From Octopus vulgaris (lineage: Eukaryota), in NCBI GenBank assembly GCA_951406725.2, contig OX597816.1:28706001-28770000 (forward strand): DNA of 64,000 nt, in the 5' to 3' direction. The position numbers and the translations under genes were made by a program. The notes beneath the pieces are model-generated. The model was not told the DNA's origin. It worked only from the letters and a program-made list of their open reading frames with translations, and made no database searches. Below, piece by piece: positions 1 to 13,705 of this stretch. Position 1 is the stretch's first letter. Each line of letters starts with the position of its first letter.

Positions 1-117
1 GTTTATGTGTGTGAATATATATATATATATATATATATTATATAATTAGGGCTTAGTAAAATAAATTACTTTGCCACATACTGAACTTTCGATCAACTTT
101 TGATATATATATATCTT

Positions 118-244
118 ACCTCCTGCTGCTTCAGTTGCTAAAATATCTAAAATTGTCATAGTGTTGTAGATTGGTTTTGCTATGGAATGGTGAAGCAATT
201 TTTCATTTTCTGAAAAAGCAACGTTTTGACTTACGACACTTTCA
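118..244. repeat. Dispersed repeat, probable DNA-transposon/MITE end (copy 1)
   Basis: Colinear similarity to 5223-5351 (cctcc.gc.gcttcag...ggttttgctatggaat...ttttctgaaaaa.caac.ttttgact.acgac.ctttc). Confidence 0.6.
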
Positions 245-294
245 CATGCATATGCATACTTACTTATACACACGCATGCGCACTTTCGTTTTGG

Positions 295-548
295 GATCAC
301 CACTACTTTATTATCTTCCCTTCCTGCTAGCTCTCCTGTGTAACCCCTATTGTCCGGCATTCGCCATGATAGATCGCTAGCCACTACACATCCTTTAAAT
401 TCTCTCCTTTTTCTTTCTTTGTTACTTCCTGTGGAAGAGCGTATGCTCGAAATATTAAAGACTTTTTCACTTCCCGAGCGTTAAACTAAAACATCTGTTT
501 GTTGTCTACACCACCTGTCTTCGTCTTTTGTTTTTTATGAATTCTCCC
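295..548 (+). mobile_element. PLE pseudo-LTR fragment (family A) ending at (TA)n
   Basis: Similar to 2345-2535 and 10235-10432 on the minus strand; contains an HHR-like motif. Confidence 0.6.
425..460 (+). ncRNA. Degenerate minimal hammerhead-like motif (CUGU variant)
   Basis: cttc CTGTGGA a gagc-gtat-gctc GAAAT ATT aaag; stem II intact, core and stem I mutated. Confidence 0.45.
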
Positions 549-561
549 TATATACATATAC

Positions 562-620
<59 letters not shown>

Positions 621-621
<1 letters not shown>

Positions 622-786
622 ACGTTCTGAGTTCAAATTCCGCCGAGGTCGACTTTGCCTTTCATCCTTTCGGGGTCGCTTAAATAAGTACCAGTTACGC
701 ACTGGGGTCGATATAATCGACTTAATCCGCTTATCTGTCCTTGTTTGTCCTCTCTGTGTTTAGCCCCTTGTGGGTAGTAAAGAAAT
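621..786 (+). mobile_element. SINE family 2 (Meta/MESC-like core), 5'-truncated
   Basis: B-box-like gagttcaaattcc followed by gcctttcatcctttcggggtcg...aagtaccag; matches the full copy at 52612-52879. Confidence 0.85.
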
Positions 787-1182
787 ATATATATATATGT
801 ATGTATATATATGTGTGTGTATGTGTGTGTGTGTGAGTGAGTGTGTGTGTGCTTGTAAATATAATATGTGACAATTATTCGGATGTCGGGGCGGAAACCC
901 ACGCCGCCATCTTTTCAGTTATCCAGCCATCGAAAAAACGCTATGAAAATGACCGTTAAACAAAGTGAAATTACTGTGTGACTGACCATTATTAAAACAA
1001 AAGAGCTATTAGAATGACCGCTAAGTGATAGGTGGGAGTAAAGGTAAGGGAGAAAAAATGTTCATAGTATTCGCGTAAGCGCGCATGTCCATACCTACAC
1101 ATGCACACCCGCACACACACGTACACGCGCCTATAAGTATACACGCATCCCCTCACTTGAAACCCACACATACTCACCCACT

Positions 1183-1232
<50 letters not shown>

Positions 1233-1259
1233 TTATATGTTGTATGTCTGTGCTTGTGC

Positions 1260-1297
<38 letters not shown>

Positions 1298-1850
1298 CAC
1301 AGACATATAATATATAACTGTCTAGTCACTACTAGCTATAATAAATGAGTGTGAACACTCTATTATCACTCTATTAAAGTTAAATATCTAATTAGATGAT
1401 AAACAAGCTTTGAGATATGTCCATCGCACAGAAATATAATGCATTGATCTAGGCATATTTCCAACGGTTGAAAGTGTTGTTCTCTTGATCAAAATCTATT
1501 ATTTAAAAAGAGATCTATAAAGCATAACTGTATGAAAGCGAGAAATCCTATTAAGTTAACAGATAATTGATACGTAGTAGTAAATAAACACATCATCTAA
1601 GCATCATATGTAAATGTGTTGGTTTTATGTAGTACTATAGATATATTTCTATGCCAACATATTTTGGCAAGCTCTTACTTTCCGATATTGGTGTATCTGG
1701 TAACGTCACCCTCTCAGTAACGCTTTGGACGTCATGATTAACTCAAATGTTGGTTTTCTAATTTTGTTTCTTGCATGCATTTGTGCTCATCTAAAACGTC
1801 TTGGAGAATATCATTGGACAGGATTCTTTCTATTTCACACATTATGAATA

Positions 1851-1899
<49 letters not shown>

Positions 1900-1901
<2 letters not shown>

Positions 1902-2298
1902 TCTTTTACTCTTTTACTTGTTTCAGTCATTTGACAGCAGCCATGCTGGAGCACCGCCTTTAATCGAGCAACTCGACCCCGGGACTTATTATTTGTAAGC
2001 CCAGTACTTATTCTATTGGTCTCTTTTGCCGAACCGCTAAGTAACGGGGACATAAACACACCAGTATCGGTTGTCAAGCAATGCTAGGGAGACAAACACA
2101 GACACACAAACACACACGCATATATATATTCATATATACGACGGGCTTCTTTCAGTTTCCGTCTACCAAATCCACTCAAAAGGCTTTGGTCGGCCCGAGG
2201 CTATATAGAAGACACTTGCCCAAGGAGTCATGCAGTGGGACTGAACCCAGAACCATGTAGTTGGTAAACAAGCTACTTACCACACAGCCACTCCTGCG

Positions 2299-2300
<2 letters not shown>
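1900..2300 (-). mobile_element. SINE family 1 (tRNA head plus CORE-like domain), full length
   Basis: Near-identical to 18003-18428, 46016-46421 and 47599-48008; A/B boxes; CORE-like ccttgggcaagtgtctt; (gtaaaaga)n tail; flanked by (TA)n. Confidence 0.9.
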
Positions 2301-2344
<44 letters not shown>

Positions 2345-2348
<4 letters not shown>

Positions 2349-2535
2349 GTATTATAAAATAATACAAATATACGATATACAGTGGTGTACAAAATAAACA
2401 AACAGATGTATTAGTATAGCGCTAAGTAATAGAAAAAGTCTTTTACGTGTCGAACCTACGCTCTTCTACAGAAAGGTACACAGAAAAAACAAGGAGAGAA
2501 ACATGGAGAGAAAAAATATGTGTAGTGGCTAACGA
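2345..2535 (-). mobile_element. PLE pseudo-LTR fragment (family A)
   Basis: Reverse-complement similarity to 295-548; carries an HHR-like motif. Confidence 0.6.
2440..2475 (-). ncRNA. Degenerate minimal hammerhead-like motif (CUGU variant)
   Basis: Minus strand: cttt CTGTAGA a gagc-gtag-gttc GACAC GTA aaag. Confidence 0.5.
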
Positions 2536-2560
2536 AATGTTAGACAAGGTGGAAAAAAAT

Positions 2561-2596
2561 TGTCCAACGAATAGGAACGTGAAACTCTGAGTAACA
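2561..2596 (+). ncRNA. Degenerate hammerhead-like motif
   Basis: tgt CCAACGA ataggaacgt GAAACTC-t-GAGT A aca; stems I and III pair, core and stem II decayed. Confidence 0.35.
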
Positions 2597-2682
2597 GCTC
2601 TTTTGTTATATTTCTGCTGCTTTTAAATAAAGTGTATATATATATATATATATATATAACTATATATATATATATTATAGGG

Positions 2683-3190
2683 TTCAGATCACCTCATTCT
2701 CTCTCTCCAGAAAAGGCCAAGGTCCTGTCATCAGCAGAGAAGTTAATGTTATCAGTTTTTTGGCCAAAGGTATTGTGTTTACTGACTATCTTCACAAGGG
2801 CTACGTTTTCAATGAACAATATCGTACCAGCATACAAAATGCCACGGAAAACAGACGAAAGGGATCTTGTTTCCTTAGGACAATGCTCCAGAATAGGCCC
2901 TTTTTCCCATATCTACTGTCCGTGACTGTGGCTTTGAACCTGGCTGATCACCTTCTGTATTATCCTGCCGTGGTCAGAAAACTATCGTCTATTTCTCCAA
3001 CATCAAAACGCACATGTTGCTGGGAAGAAGTATCGCAGAGATGATGATATCATCTCTGATGGGATCCAAGCAACGCATTACCCACGTAAGTGTTTGTGGC
3101 GCAAGAGAGACTATGCTGAAAAATAAGCTTCATTTTGAAATATTCCATGGAAGAAGATTTGTCAGCCTATGAACTTGCCTGCCGACCCTT
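2683..3190 (+). mobile_element. Mariner transposase relic, 3' half with probable right TIR
   Basis: Frameshifted SPEKAKVLSSAEKLMLSVFW / KGIVFTDYLHKG and decayed HPPYSPDL region; ends gtcagcctatgaacttgcctgccgaccct. Confidence 0.75.
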
Positions 3191-3304
3191 GCATCAACAC
3201 TTAAAATTATGATTCAAGTAAAGGATTGCTTCTACATGTATGAAACCAAACATGTGTACGTATATCTCTCTCCTCGTGATAACTGATAACATTAATTTCT
3301 CTGC

Positions 3305-3845
3305 AGATGACACGACCTTGGCCTTTTTTGGAGCAAGTAAGGAGTGGTGCTTCCATGGCATGGATTATCTCTTTTCCTCTGGCTCAATTCTGGAATTGGA
3401 AACGTTTAAGGATGCCATTTGAATCTATCTGCAACCATGTCAAATTTTTCTGCGATGTCATCAGCCTGGTGCGGTTTTTATCAGGTGTTAGAAGACATAA
3501 CATCCGCTAAGCAGAATCCTTCGTGGTGCCAATTTCATCGTGTAGAATATTCTCAACACTCTCAGAGGATATGTTACTGACTTAGTCCTCTGATTTATAG
3601 TTAATCACATGTCAGCCATCGCCATGAAGTGAACAACATCCATGTTTCCCTTGGGGCGGTAGTGGAACGTCTTCCTCGGGTCATCTTCAAGTCTCACCTT
3701 TTGCATTGTTAATAAAGATAGAACGTTATCACCTAATGTAGCAACCATGTCGTTGGGGGCTAAACTGCTTTTCTACCTGTAGAAGTCGCTACTTGTTACA
3801 TTTGAAATCTTCTTTAAACACAGTTATCAGTTCACATGAAAAGAA
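3305..3845 (-). mobile_element. Mariner transposase relic, 5' half in inverted orientation
   Basis: Minus strand encodes EPEEKR..M.WKHHS...KKAKVV and upstream DDPRK-like HTH-region residues. Confidence 0.65.
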
Positions 3846-3987
3846 ATTCTGCACCTATTAATAAGAGGAATTGTAATTCATGCATACATGATTTCATGAC
3901 TTCATAGTTACCCCATGAAGTTTTCAATTTACCCTTGTAGAAGTGTCATATACAAGATACAGGAGAACAGTAAGTCTGTGGCAGTAG

Positions 3988-4045
<58 letters not shown>
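3988..4045. repeat. (GA)n microsatellite
   Basis: Direct observation. Confidence 0.95.
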
Positions 4046-4717
4046 TAGAGAAAACGGGAGGAGGGGCAGAAAGAAGAGAGAGAGAGTGAGAGAAACAGAG
4101 GGTGTGTGCGAGAGATGTTGTATGAGAATGGTATGTACGTATGTGTATATGTATGTGTGCGTGTGCATTAAAACCAGCGCTCAGATAATATTCATATCAA
4201 GTCCACTAGAGAGGTGCAATATGGTATGAAGTATCTCGCTCAAGAATATTTCATGCTGCCCGGCCTGGAATCGAAGCCACAAATTTATGATCAAAAGACT
4301 CTAACACAGATTAATAAGCACGTTCCTTCACGTAAACATGCACATACACACACAGCAATCACAGGAGTCCATACACACGCACAAACACACACGCAAACGC
4401 GTTAACATACACAAGCATACGCATATTTATTCATCAAACAAGCAAATCAATATCTCACTGATGGTCAGTTACAAACCCGCTTGCAGACACACACAGGCAC
4501 CCCCCCCCACACACACACATACACACGCACATGCGCAAAGATCCACATATACGTGCTTACACATCACAACACATGTTACATAACACGGAATACATTGGAA
4601 AATACAGAACATGTGGTGTTTATAAGCTAAGCTAAAAAAAATTAAAACCTTTGGTCACAGCTGGAACATTATTGATCGTAGACATGTTCAATTGAACAAC
4701 ACCCGGGTTTTAAACAA

Positions 4718-4886
<169 letters not shown>

Positions 4887-5222
4887 AAGAGTTTTTAAAA
4901 AATTTAAGTATAACAACGTATATTTAGTTATATTAGCAAATTTAATATTCATGGATTTGGAGATTAAATATATAATCTCAAACTTTGTTTTCCGCATTGT
5001 TTTAGGCATGCAAATATGTAATATGGACATTTGTCATTGATTTATTTATATATCTTCCCGGATATCTCGGTAAACACACACACACACACACACACACACA
5101 CGTATATATATTTATCGTTGCTATTATGTTAAACTCTCGTATGTCAAAATTTGGGCAAATGCATTTTTTCAATATATATTTTTGCTTGCAATACCCGGTT
5201 CTTTTGGTCAAACTATCCTTTG

Positions 5223-5351
5223 ACCTCCAGCCGCTTCAGATGCCAAGAAATAAAAAAATAGTGAAAGCGTAGTAGATCGGTTTTGCTATGGAATTTCGAA
5301 ACAAATTTTCGTTTTCTGAAAAAACAACATTTTGACTCACGACGCTTTCCC
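5223..5351. repeat. Dispersed repeat, probable DNA-transposon/MITE end (copy 2)
   Basis: Similar to 118-244; terminates ...ctttccc followed by TA. Confidence 0.6.
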
Positions 5352-5399
5352 TATATATATACACCTATACATACTTATATACATACATACCTATATATA

Positions 5400-6388
5400 C
5401 TAGTAAATTCACCCATCCTTTGGACGGTTTACGTTGCTTTGGTGGTATCTTCTTTACAAAATAAATGAACTACCGAGAAGGTTTATGAGTAGCACGGCAT
5501 TCTATGTTTCCGATTAACCTAGTAAGGGAAAATCAAATTGAAGGATGGTTATTGTGAAGGTCGATGCAATTAAATGAGCATAGGGCAGAATTATGATGGG
5601 TTGATAGATAAATATATATATATACGTATGTGCATATACAAATATATATACATATAAATGCGAACATGCTTACATATATACATATACATGCATATGCATG
5701 CATACATACTTACATATATACTACTTACATACGTAATAAAACCTCTCATAACTCTTTCTTATCTTTACGAATTTTTACAAATTTATTTCGATTCTGTCTT
5801 CTGCGAAATTGAATTGATACGATTATGCATAAAAATAAATTAAGCTTGTTCTAAAATCCATCACGACTTTTGAAATTTCCCGCCCACCGCAACTGTTTTT
5901 AATTCGTGGTTCTAATGTACGGATAGTCCGAATATACCATTCGTTTCTCTTTATAATTTCCAATTAATGTTTTAAATACTTCAAAATAAAAAATTGTTAA
6001 AACACGTGTGCCAAGAACAATTAAAATTCAATGAAATAGAATTTTGGGAGATCCATTATTATGGCTGTATTTTACTCCATTATTCTAAAATCTTCTGAAA
6101 CGTATACATATACATGTATGAATGCAAACAGAAACATATTAATACACACACACACATTCATGTCCTTAGCCGTACAAGTATATATATAAATTTGGGCATA
6201 TCTACACAATTCTGCCCGGAAAATTTGCTTGTTCATAACCTTCAGAAAATTGAACATTTCTTTTCTACAGATATGCTTCAGATGGTGTAGATTCCGATTA
6301 AATTAGAATTCAATGTGAAAATCGTTTGTTCCTACAGGAGTTTTAGAAAGTTCACACCAATAGGCTTTGTTGTACATATATATGTATG

Positions 6389-6447
<59 letters not shown>

Positions 6448-7677
6448 GGGTCTATACGTTTTGCTTTAATTATATCTTTATACACGCACATACACACATA
6501 AAAGACTAACACACCTTGGGTTACGACAGTCACAAGTATCCAAAACGTTCTTTCAACTTTGATTTTCCTCTTAATAAGCAGGTTTACGTCTACTTGAACC
6601 ATATGTATGGTTGTGTGTCCGCTAATATTGTTGATGGACATGCAGCATATCACTGGTATTCCAGATATAAAGTCCAGTATTATGTGAATATGTGTGAAAA
6701 TCGTCACTTGACTTTCTTCCATAAATGTATTAGAAAATTCTTTGGAAATTATAAAGGGAAATGAACGGTAGATTTGGACTGTCCGTAGTTTAAAACAACG
6801 ACATAAAAAAATAAAACTGTATATGTGTGGGGGGATAATTTAAAAAAGAATTTTTTTTGCATAATCGTAGAAGACAGAATCGAAAAATATTGTAAAAGTT
6901 CGCAAAAATAAAATAAAAGTTATGAGGGATTTTAGAACGTGCTTTCATCATTATTCCGCCGATCATGGAACATAAGTTTGCAAGCACATAAGTTTGCAAA
7001 GTAGAGCTACTGAAGTGATTTGGGAGTAGATTACGAATGACTATAAAATATAGCTGATTTTAAGCATATTTTGTTCACTCTTATTTTCGTATGTAACATG
7101 TAAAGATGTACATCTTTTGGAACATTGTCATTTTATGAGAATTTGTTGTCAATTTTTTAAATTTTTACATGAAAAAAAAAATACCGGTGAGATAATATCT
7201 GCTGCATTATAAAAAACCAACCACATTAGAATTTCTGGATAACTCTTTTAAAATAACATAAACATATATTTACATGAATAAAAATTACCGGAGACATAAT
7301 ACATGATGTTCTAAAAATAACAGCCTAATAAGATTTTTGGGATAAATCTTTTAAATTAAGATAAACATTTATTTACGGGAAAGAAAATTACCGGAAACAT
7401 AACATCTGTTTCGTTACCGTCGCAGGTCGACAGTCGAAGTCAATAAATAAATAGACAAAATCCTTTCATTTTAAAAAAAAATCTATGGAAGACCCTATAT
7501 AGAAAAATTTATATCTATTTACGTCCTGTAACGCGTGTGCACTGGGTAAAATGTTTATTGCCTGACCATCCTTGAGACATAAGTAATGTGCGAGTAAAGT
7601 TTGGTGAAATCGGGTGAGAATTGTGGAAATGCATGCATTAGTCATTATACACACACATACTGTGATTCATATATGCT
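5400..7677 (-). mobile_element. Non-autonomous Helitron, copy A of a head-to-tail pair
   Basis: Minus-strand 3' end ccgtccaaaggatggg hairpin plus ...CTAG at 5400; blocks 5400-5560, 6960-7055 and 7235-7670 are homologous to blocks of copy B. Confidence 0.7.
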
Positions 7678-10113
7678 ACTACCAAGCGCATTCGTCCTTC
7701 GGACAGTTGAATTTGCTTTGGTGGCATTTTTTCACCAAATAATTGAACTACCGTACATGACAATCTACGTTTCCGATTAACCTAGGAACAGAAAACCAAA
7801 TTGAAGTGTCGTTATTGTGCAGTTTAATGATCAAAGAACATATAAGTATGCAAGTGATGCAAAGTAGAGCTAGTGAAGTGATTTGGGAGTAGATTACGGA
7901 TAATGACTACAAAATATAGTTCTTTTACATTAAAGCAAAATTTCAAAATTTCAGAATCAGTCACATAAATGGAGTAAGGAAATTGAAGGAGGACGTTGAA
8001 ACTACTCTGCTGCGATTTTATTTCATTCAATAGCAAAAGAAGCTATTTTTTCGGAGGGAAGTATGATTCGTACGTTCAAAAATGGAATATAATGCCTACT
8101 TGAAAAAGTAGATTACAAGGAATGTATTTGTTATGCGCTTACAGTGCACGACATCTCTGAAATTGACTTCAGGTAATGAAAGCATGGAGACCTGAAGAGT
8201 TTGACTTCAGTTCACGAATACTGCTTTGAATCTTTAGCGGTTCGCAGTGAATAGATGTCGCGTTGAAAGGAAGACAGATAATTGTGAATTTATGTGATGT
8301 GTAACATTTCTTGGAGTTCATTCAAAAGAGGCATTTTTGTTTCAGGTATCACCTGAGCTTGGCGAGCTGTTTGCTCAGTGGTGTCTCGCATGAAGGATAT
8401 TCGAAAGAATCGGTGTTAAGCCTTGTTAACAGGAAGAATAGAGCATATTCGATGATAGGCTTGGCCCTGAATTTTGAACGTTGGCATATAGGAATCTTCA
8501 TGAATGGGTTTGGGACTCAAATTTATCATCTGGAAAGCAGAGTTGTAAGCTCCAAGTCTCATCATCCGATGGTTATCGTCATCTGCCAACCTCGCGGCGG
8601 CGGTGGATGCAGCGTTGCGTGCCCAACGGATAGAACTCTTTTGTGGGGTTTCTGCGACCCCTGCGTCAGCAGCACGTACTCGATAGATTTCACGCTGCTC
8701 CGGAGCAGCTGAATCTATAGCAGCGGCAGCTCTTTTCAACAGTCTGCAAGACCTTTGGTACTCAGTTTCTTTAACCTGCTAGCACGGTTGCTTTGTCATT
8801 GGAGAAGACCTCTGCCAATGCATGCTCTCTTTTTAGGTGACATGCCTGTGTTATCTGGAAAAGGAAAATGGGTTTTAGTCTAACAGCGAATGCCATAAAA
8901 ACTTAAATTGATATGGAGCTTTCTGAAAGATACGCATAGCTTTCGCTGGTGGAAGCAAAACATTTATCTAAAGGTTAATGTTTTGAGACGAATAATATGT
9001 GATTGTTTACAAAAAGGATTAAAGCGACAATGTGTAATCGTATTTGGAAGAATTAACAATAGCCGGAATATCATAATGGATGAGTAAATAAGCATCCTTA
9101 AAGTGAAACAACGCATTGGTGGGTAAACAAAGGTATCAACAAACAGAAGAGAGGAAAGAGAACATCACCTTTCAAGTAACTCAGAATAGGTAAAGTTAAG
9201 CTTACTAAAGTTTAATGCAGCTTGATTATGGAGATTAAGATTGTTTGGTATTGGATATTCATCGCGTACTGTGTTCCTAGTCAATGTAATCACAGTCGCA
9301 GATGGAGAGTCAAAATAAATAAATAGAGAAATGTTTTTCACTTTTATAATAATCTCTAACCAAAGCTCAAACAGTACACAGCAATACACATAAAAAGTAA
9401 CAATACCCAATTACAACATATAAATAAATAAACTAATAAATGTAAAAACTATAAAAATTATACTGTAATACAAATATACGACATATAATTTAAAAAGTAC
9501 GGAAAACAGTCGGAACAGATAGACAAAGCTCTTTCACTTTTATAATATTCTCTACCGAAAACTCAAATTATACACACCAATACACATAAAAAATATAGAA
9601 AGTAATAATACAGAATTAGAACATACAAGTAAATAATAAATGAAAAAATATGATATCCAGAAAAATTATTCTCTAATGCTAATATATGACCATAAGCATT
9701 AAATAAATATGGATGATCCTACATACAAAAATGTATGTACATACAACGAATTTGGATAACTCTGTTAAATTAACATAAACATAAACATATATGTACATGA
9801 AGACAAAATGACAGATTCCAAATCTTGTTTCCTGACTGAGTCACCGCGCATCTGCACAGCCGAAATAAATCAATCGACCAAATTCTTTCACATTTATAAA
9901 ATGATTAAATAAATATGGAAGACCCTACATACAAAAAAACTATGTCCATTTACGTCCATTTACGCGGGAGATCTTGGCTAAATGTTAAATTGCATGACAA
10001 TCCTTGGGACATAAGTGATGTGTGAGTGAAGTTCGGATAAAATCGGTTGAGAATTGTGGAAATGTATGCGCTAATCATTATACACACACATACTGTGATT
10101 TATATATACTAGA
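7678..10113 (-). mobile_element. Helitron, copy B, with decayed Rep-Hel N-terminal coding sequence
   Basis: 5' end a|TCTAGTATATATAAA at 10113; ATG MSPKKRACIGR at 8843; ORF 8416-8739 contains YNSAFQM...FKIQGQAYHRICSILP, typical of the Helitron RepHel N-terminal region. Confidence 0.85.
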
Positions 10114-10136
10114 TTTTTATTCTTTCATATACATAC

Positions 10137-10484
<348 letters not shown>

Positions 10485-10486
<2 letters not shown>

Positions 10487-13481
10487 TGTGAAGTGAAAAT
10501 ATGCGTATAGCATAAATAAAAAGGGGAAGAAATATGCCATGATTTCACATAGTTTTAATATCATTTTAATAGAAAAGATATACACATATCTTATGGCTGG
10601 TAAAAGTCTCAAAATGTAGTGATATCCAAACGGTTTTCGCTATTTAAATTACATTGTGAAGTAATCATTTCATTTGACAAAAGAATCACACCATTTTGGA
10701 ATTCTTCAAAAAGTAAGAATGAATGGAGAGGGTGGATAAAGGGAGGTAATAAGTGACAAGGGGGATAACTACCTCCTCAGTATTATTGAATTGTGGTAAA
10801 TAAATTTGAGTTTGAAATAGGAATAAATAAATTTGATTTTGAAATTGGAATGGGATCACGTGGTCAAGTGTGTATTTTAAGGTGTGGTCTGTACTTTTGT
10901 ATAAACTGGGTTTTCTTGTTTAGACGTTCTTGTAAGCAGATTGTATCTTTGCATTGGTATAGTGGAAAAATATGGAAATACAGTGTTTTAGTTTCAGCGC
11001 ATCTGCCAATATGTTCGCCCAGAGCTATCTGTCTGTATTGAGGAAAATGTATCTGTTCTTTATGCAACGTAAATCTGCGTCTCAAAGTAAGGTCCGTTTG
11101 GTCCACATAATTTTACCCACAACATCAGCAAGTTGGGATATAAATTAGGTTCTGTGAGGTATATGTGAAGGTGGTCTTAAGTGAAATTTTTCTCCTTGCT
11201 AAAATTTGAATTCTGACCCTTCAATTAGGTATGGGCATGTACGACAATTCGGTCGTCTGCATTTTTATCTGTTGGTTTATTATGTATTGAGTGCAGTTTT
11301 GCATTTGTTACGAGTCCTTTAAGTGATTTGTGTTGTCTTTTGTATTTGAGGAGTTTATGTGTATTCAGAATGTTGTGAGCAGAGGAAGATTTTGTACAAT
11401 TGTGCTGTATGCTTCCTTGTTTCTGGGTTTGTGGGTTGATAAGTATGGGAGTAATTTAAGTGAGGTGTGGTATTTTGTTTTGTTATCCTTAGTGTGTTTG
11501 TGTCCAATTTTTTGGCACGTTTAATTCCCTGGTCGATATTTGTGGGTAGGTATTGACGTTCAGTTAGTGTTATTTTGAGGTCTTGTAAGCGAAGTTACCG
11601 AGTAGTTGCATCAGACACAATTGTACAAATACTTTTCGATAGATTGAAACTGATATTTATATTTGTGTGTTTAGGATGGCATGAGCTGAAAAGGAAATAC
11701 TGTTTTGAGTTTGTTGGTTTGTAGTAGACGTCGGTCGTAATTTGGCTGTTGGATTTTTTATAGTCAAAATGTCCAGAAATGGGAGCTGTTCATTGCTTTA
11801 TTCCATGGCAAATTGAATATTGAAGATTATATTGTTCAGTGAAGATTTGTAGTTCAGAGGTTTATCATAGGTTTCATTCCAGATGATAAAAAAGTCGTCT
11901 AGGTACGTTTCCCAGTTTTCTCTTATATACTGGTGGGATGGGTGTCCAAATGTTTGGAGCGAAAATTCATATAGGGTAGATTCAACGAAACCCATTATTA
12001 GGTTCGCAAATACAGACGCTGCTTTTGTTCCCATCGCAATACCGCATTTTTGGTGCTAGTATATTCTATCGAATAGGAAGTAATTGTTTTGTAGGATGAA
12101 CTTCAGAGATCCAATGACAAAGTCTGGTTTATGCGGTCCGAGAGAGCTTCGGGGTATTTGTCTAACCAGGATTTTATTCCCTCTATTCTGTAGTCATGTG
12201 GAATGTTAGTGTAGAGGTTGATGACATCAATAGAGACTAATAGTCCTTCTTCGTTGGTGGTGTTTGGCAGATGCCCTAGCATGTCCAGATCGTCTCTAAT
12301 GAAAGTTTTAATGTATTTGAGGAAAGGTTTCAATATTGTGTCTAGAAAATTGCTTAGGCGGTGTGTTTACAGGCTGGGCCCACTATAATCGGTCTTAATT
12401 TTAAGTCTTCTGGTGTTGGAATATTTATGTATAGACCTGGATTTGATTTACAAGCACTGGTAATTATTTGACTCTTGTGGATTTTGAGGAGTCCATAGAA
12501 AAGGCTTTATTTGCATTTAAAGTTTGCGATATAACCTTTTTCTTTTTCTGTGCAGCTTTTTCCATGTTTGAGTATTAAAGATCCAAGATCTTGTAATGTT
12601 TTTTGCTGCCTATAATTATCAACTTTTTCATAAAAGGAAGAAGTCATTCTCTATTATGAACAATGTTTGGTTTTTATAGTATTCTGTGTCAATCAATACT
12701 ACAGCACTACCTTTGTCTGCTTCTTTGATTGTCAGGTCTTCGTTGGTTTTAGTTGTAGTAGGTGATTCCATTGTAGGTTGTTGAAGTTTGACATAATTTT
12801 TGGTTTAAAGTTAGTCTGAGGGAAATTCTGGATACGGTCGCAGAAGTCGTCTAGTGATTTTTTCCTCCCTTTGGGTGGTAGACAATTACTTTTGTTTTTC
12901 ACTATTGATTCGTCATCGATATTGTAGTTGGTTAGTGCTTCTGTCAATCGGAGTTTTCTACTGAATTCTGCAATATTATCTTTAATTTCATTGGGGTTAG
13001 GTCTACGTGGGGTGAATGTAAATTTTAAACCTTTCGTTAAAATATGGATTTTTGTTGTGGAAAGAATTTTCCTAGCTAAATTGATTATTTTGGGTTTCTC
13101 TCGTAAGTTCTGTTCTAACGTGTGTCAGTGTGTCTCTCTACTCAGTCTAAAAATCGTTTGTAGAAATTAAGTTGGAAGGTGTTCTCAGTATTAGGGTTTT
13201 GATTGTGGGTGTATTGTTGCGTAGGTGAAATTATTGTGATTATGTGGTATGGGTGTTTTTGTAGGAATGAGTTTTTAAGGATGTTTAGTCTTGTATGGGG
13301 CGCTGTGAAATTGTTCATTTTGTCTTGGTGAGAGAGTTGAAGTTCCGAAAGTTGAATTTCTTACCACTATTCAATAATACTGGGGAAGTAGTTGTCCCCT
13401 TACCACCCATTGCCCCCGTTTATCCATTCTTTCCATTCATTCTTACTTTTTAAGAAATCCAAATGGTGTCATTTCTTTGTC
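10485..13481 (-). mobile_element. Penelope-like retroelement (RT plus GIY-YIG), pseudogenised
   Basis: Minus-strand fragments IKEADKGSAVV, LVSIDVINLYTNIPH, MGTKAASVFANLIMG, WETYLDDFFIIW, then GIY-YIG-like NLIYIPTC.CCG.NYVDQTDLTLRRRFTLHKEQI; multiple frameshifts and stops. Confidence 0.92.
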
Positions 13482-13594
13482 TCAAGAAATAATTAGAGTA
13501 AAACCACTAATTTATATATATTATATATTTATATTGTGAAATTTGATTTAATACTAAAAGGAATTTTTCCCTGTAATTTTGGATTTATACTCCC

Positions 13595-13649
<55 letters not shown>

Positions 13650-13672
13650 TTTACTATTATTATTATTTTTAC

Positions 13673-13701
<29 letters not shown>
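13595..13701. repeat. (ATT)n microsatellite
   Basis: Direct observation. Confidence 0.95.
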
Positions 13702-13705
<4 letters not shown>

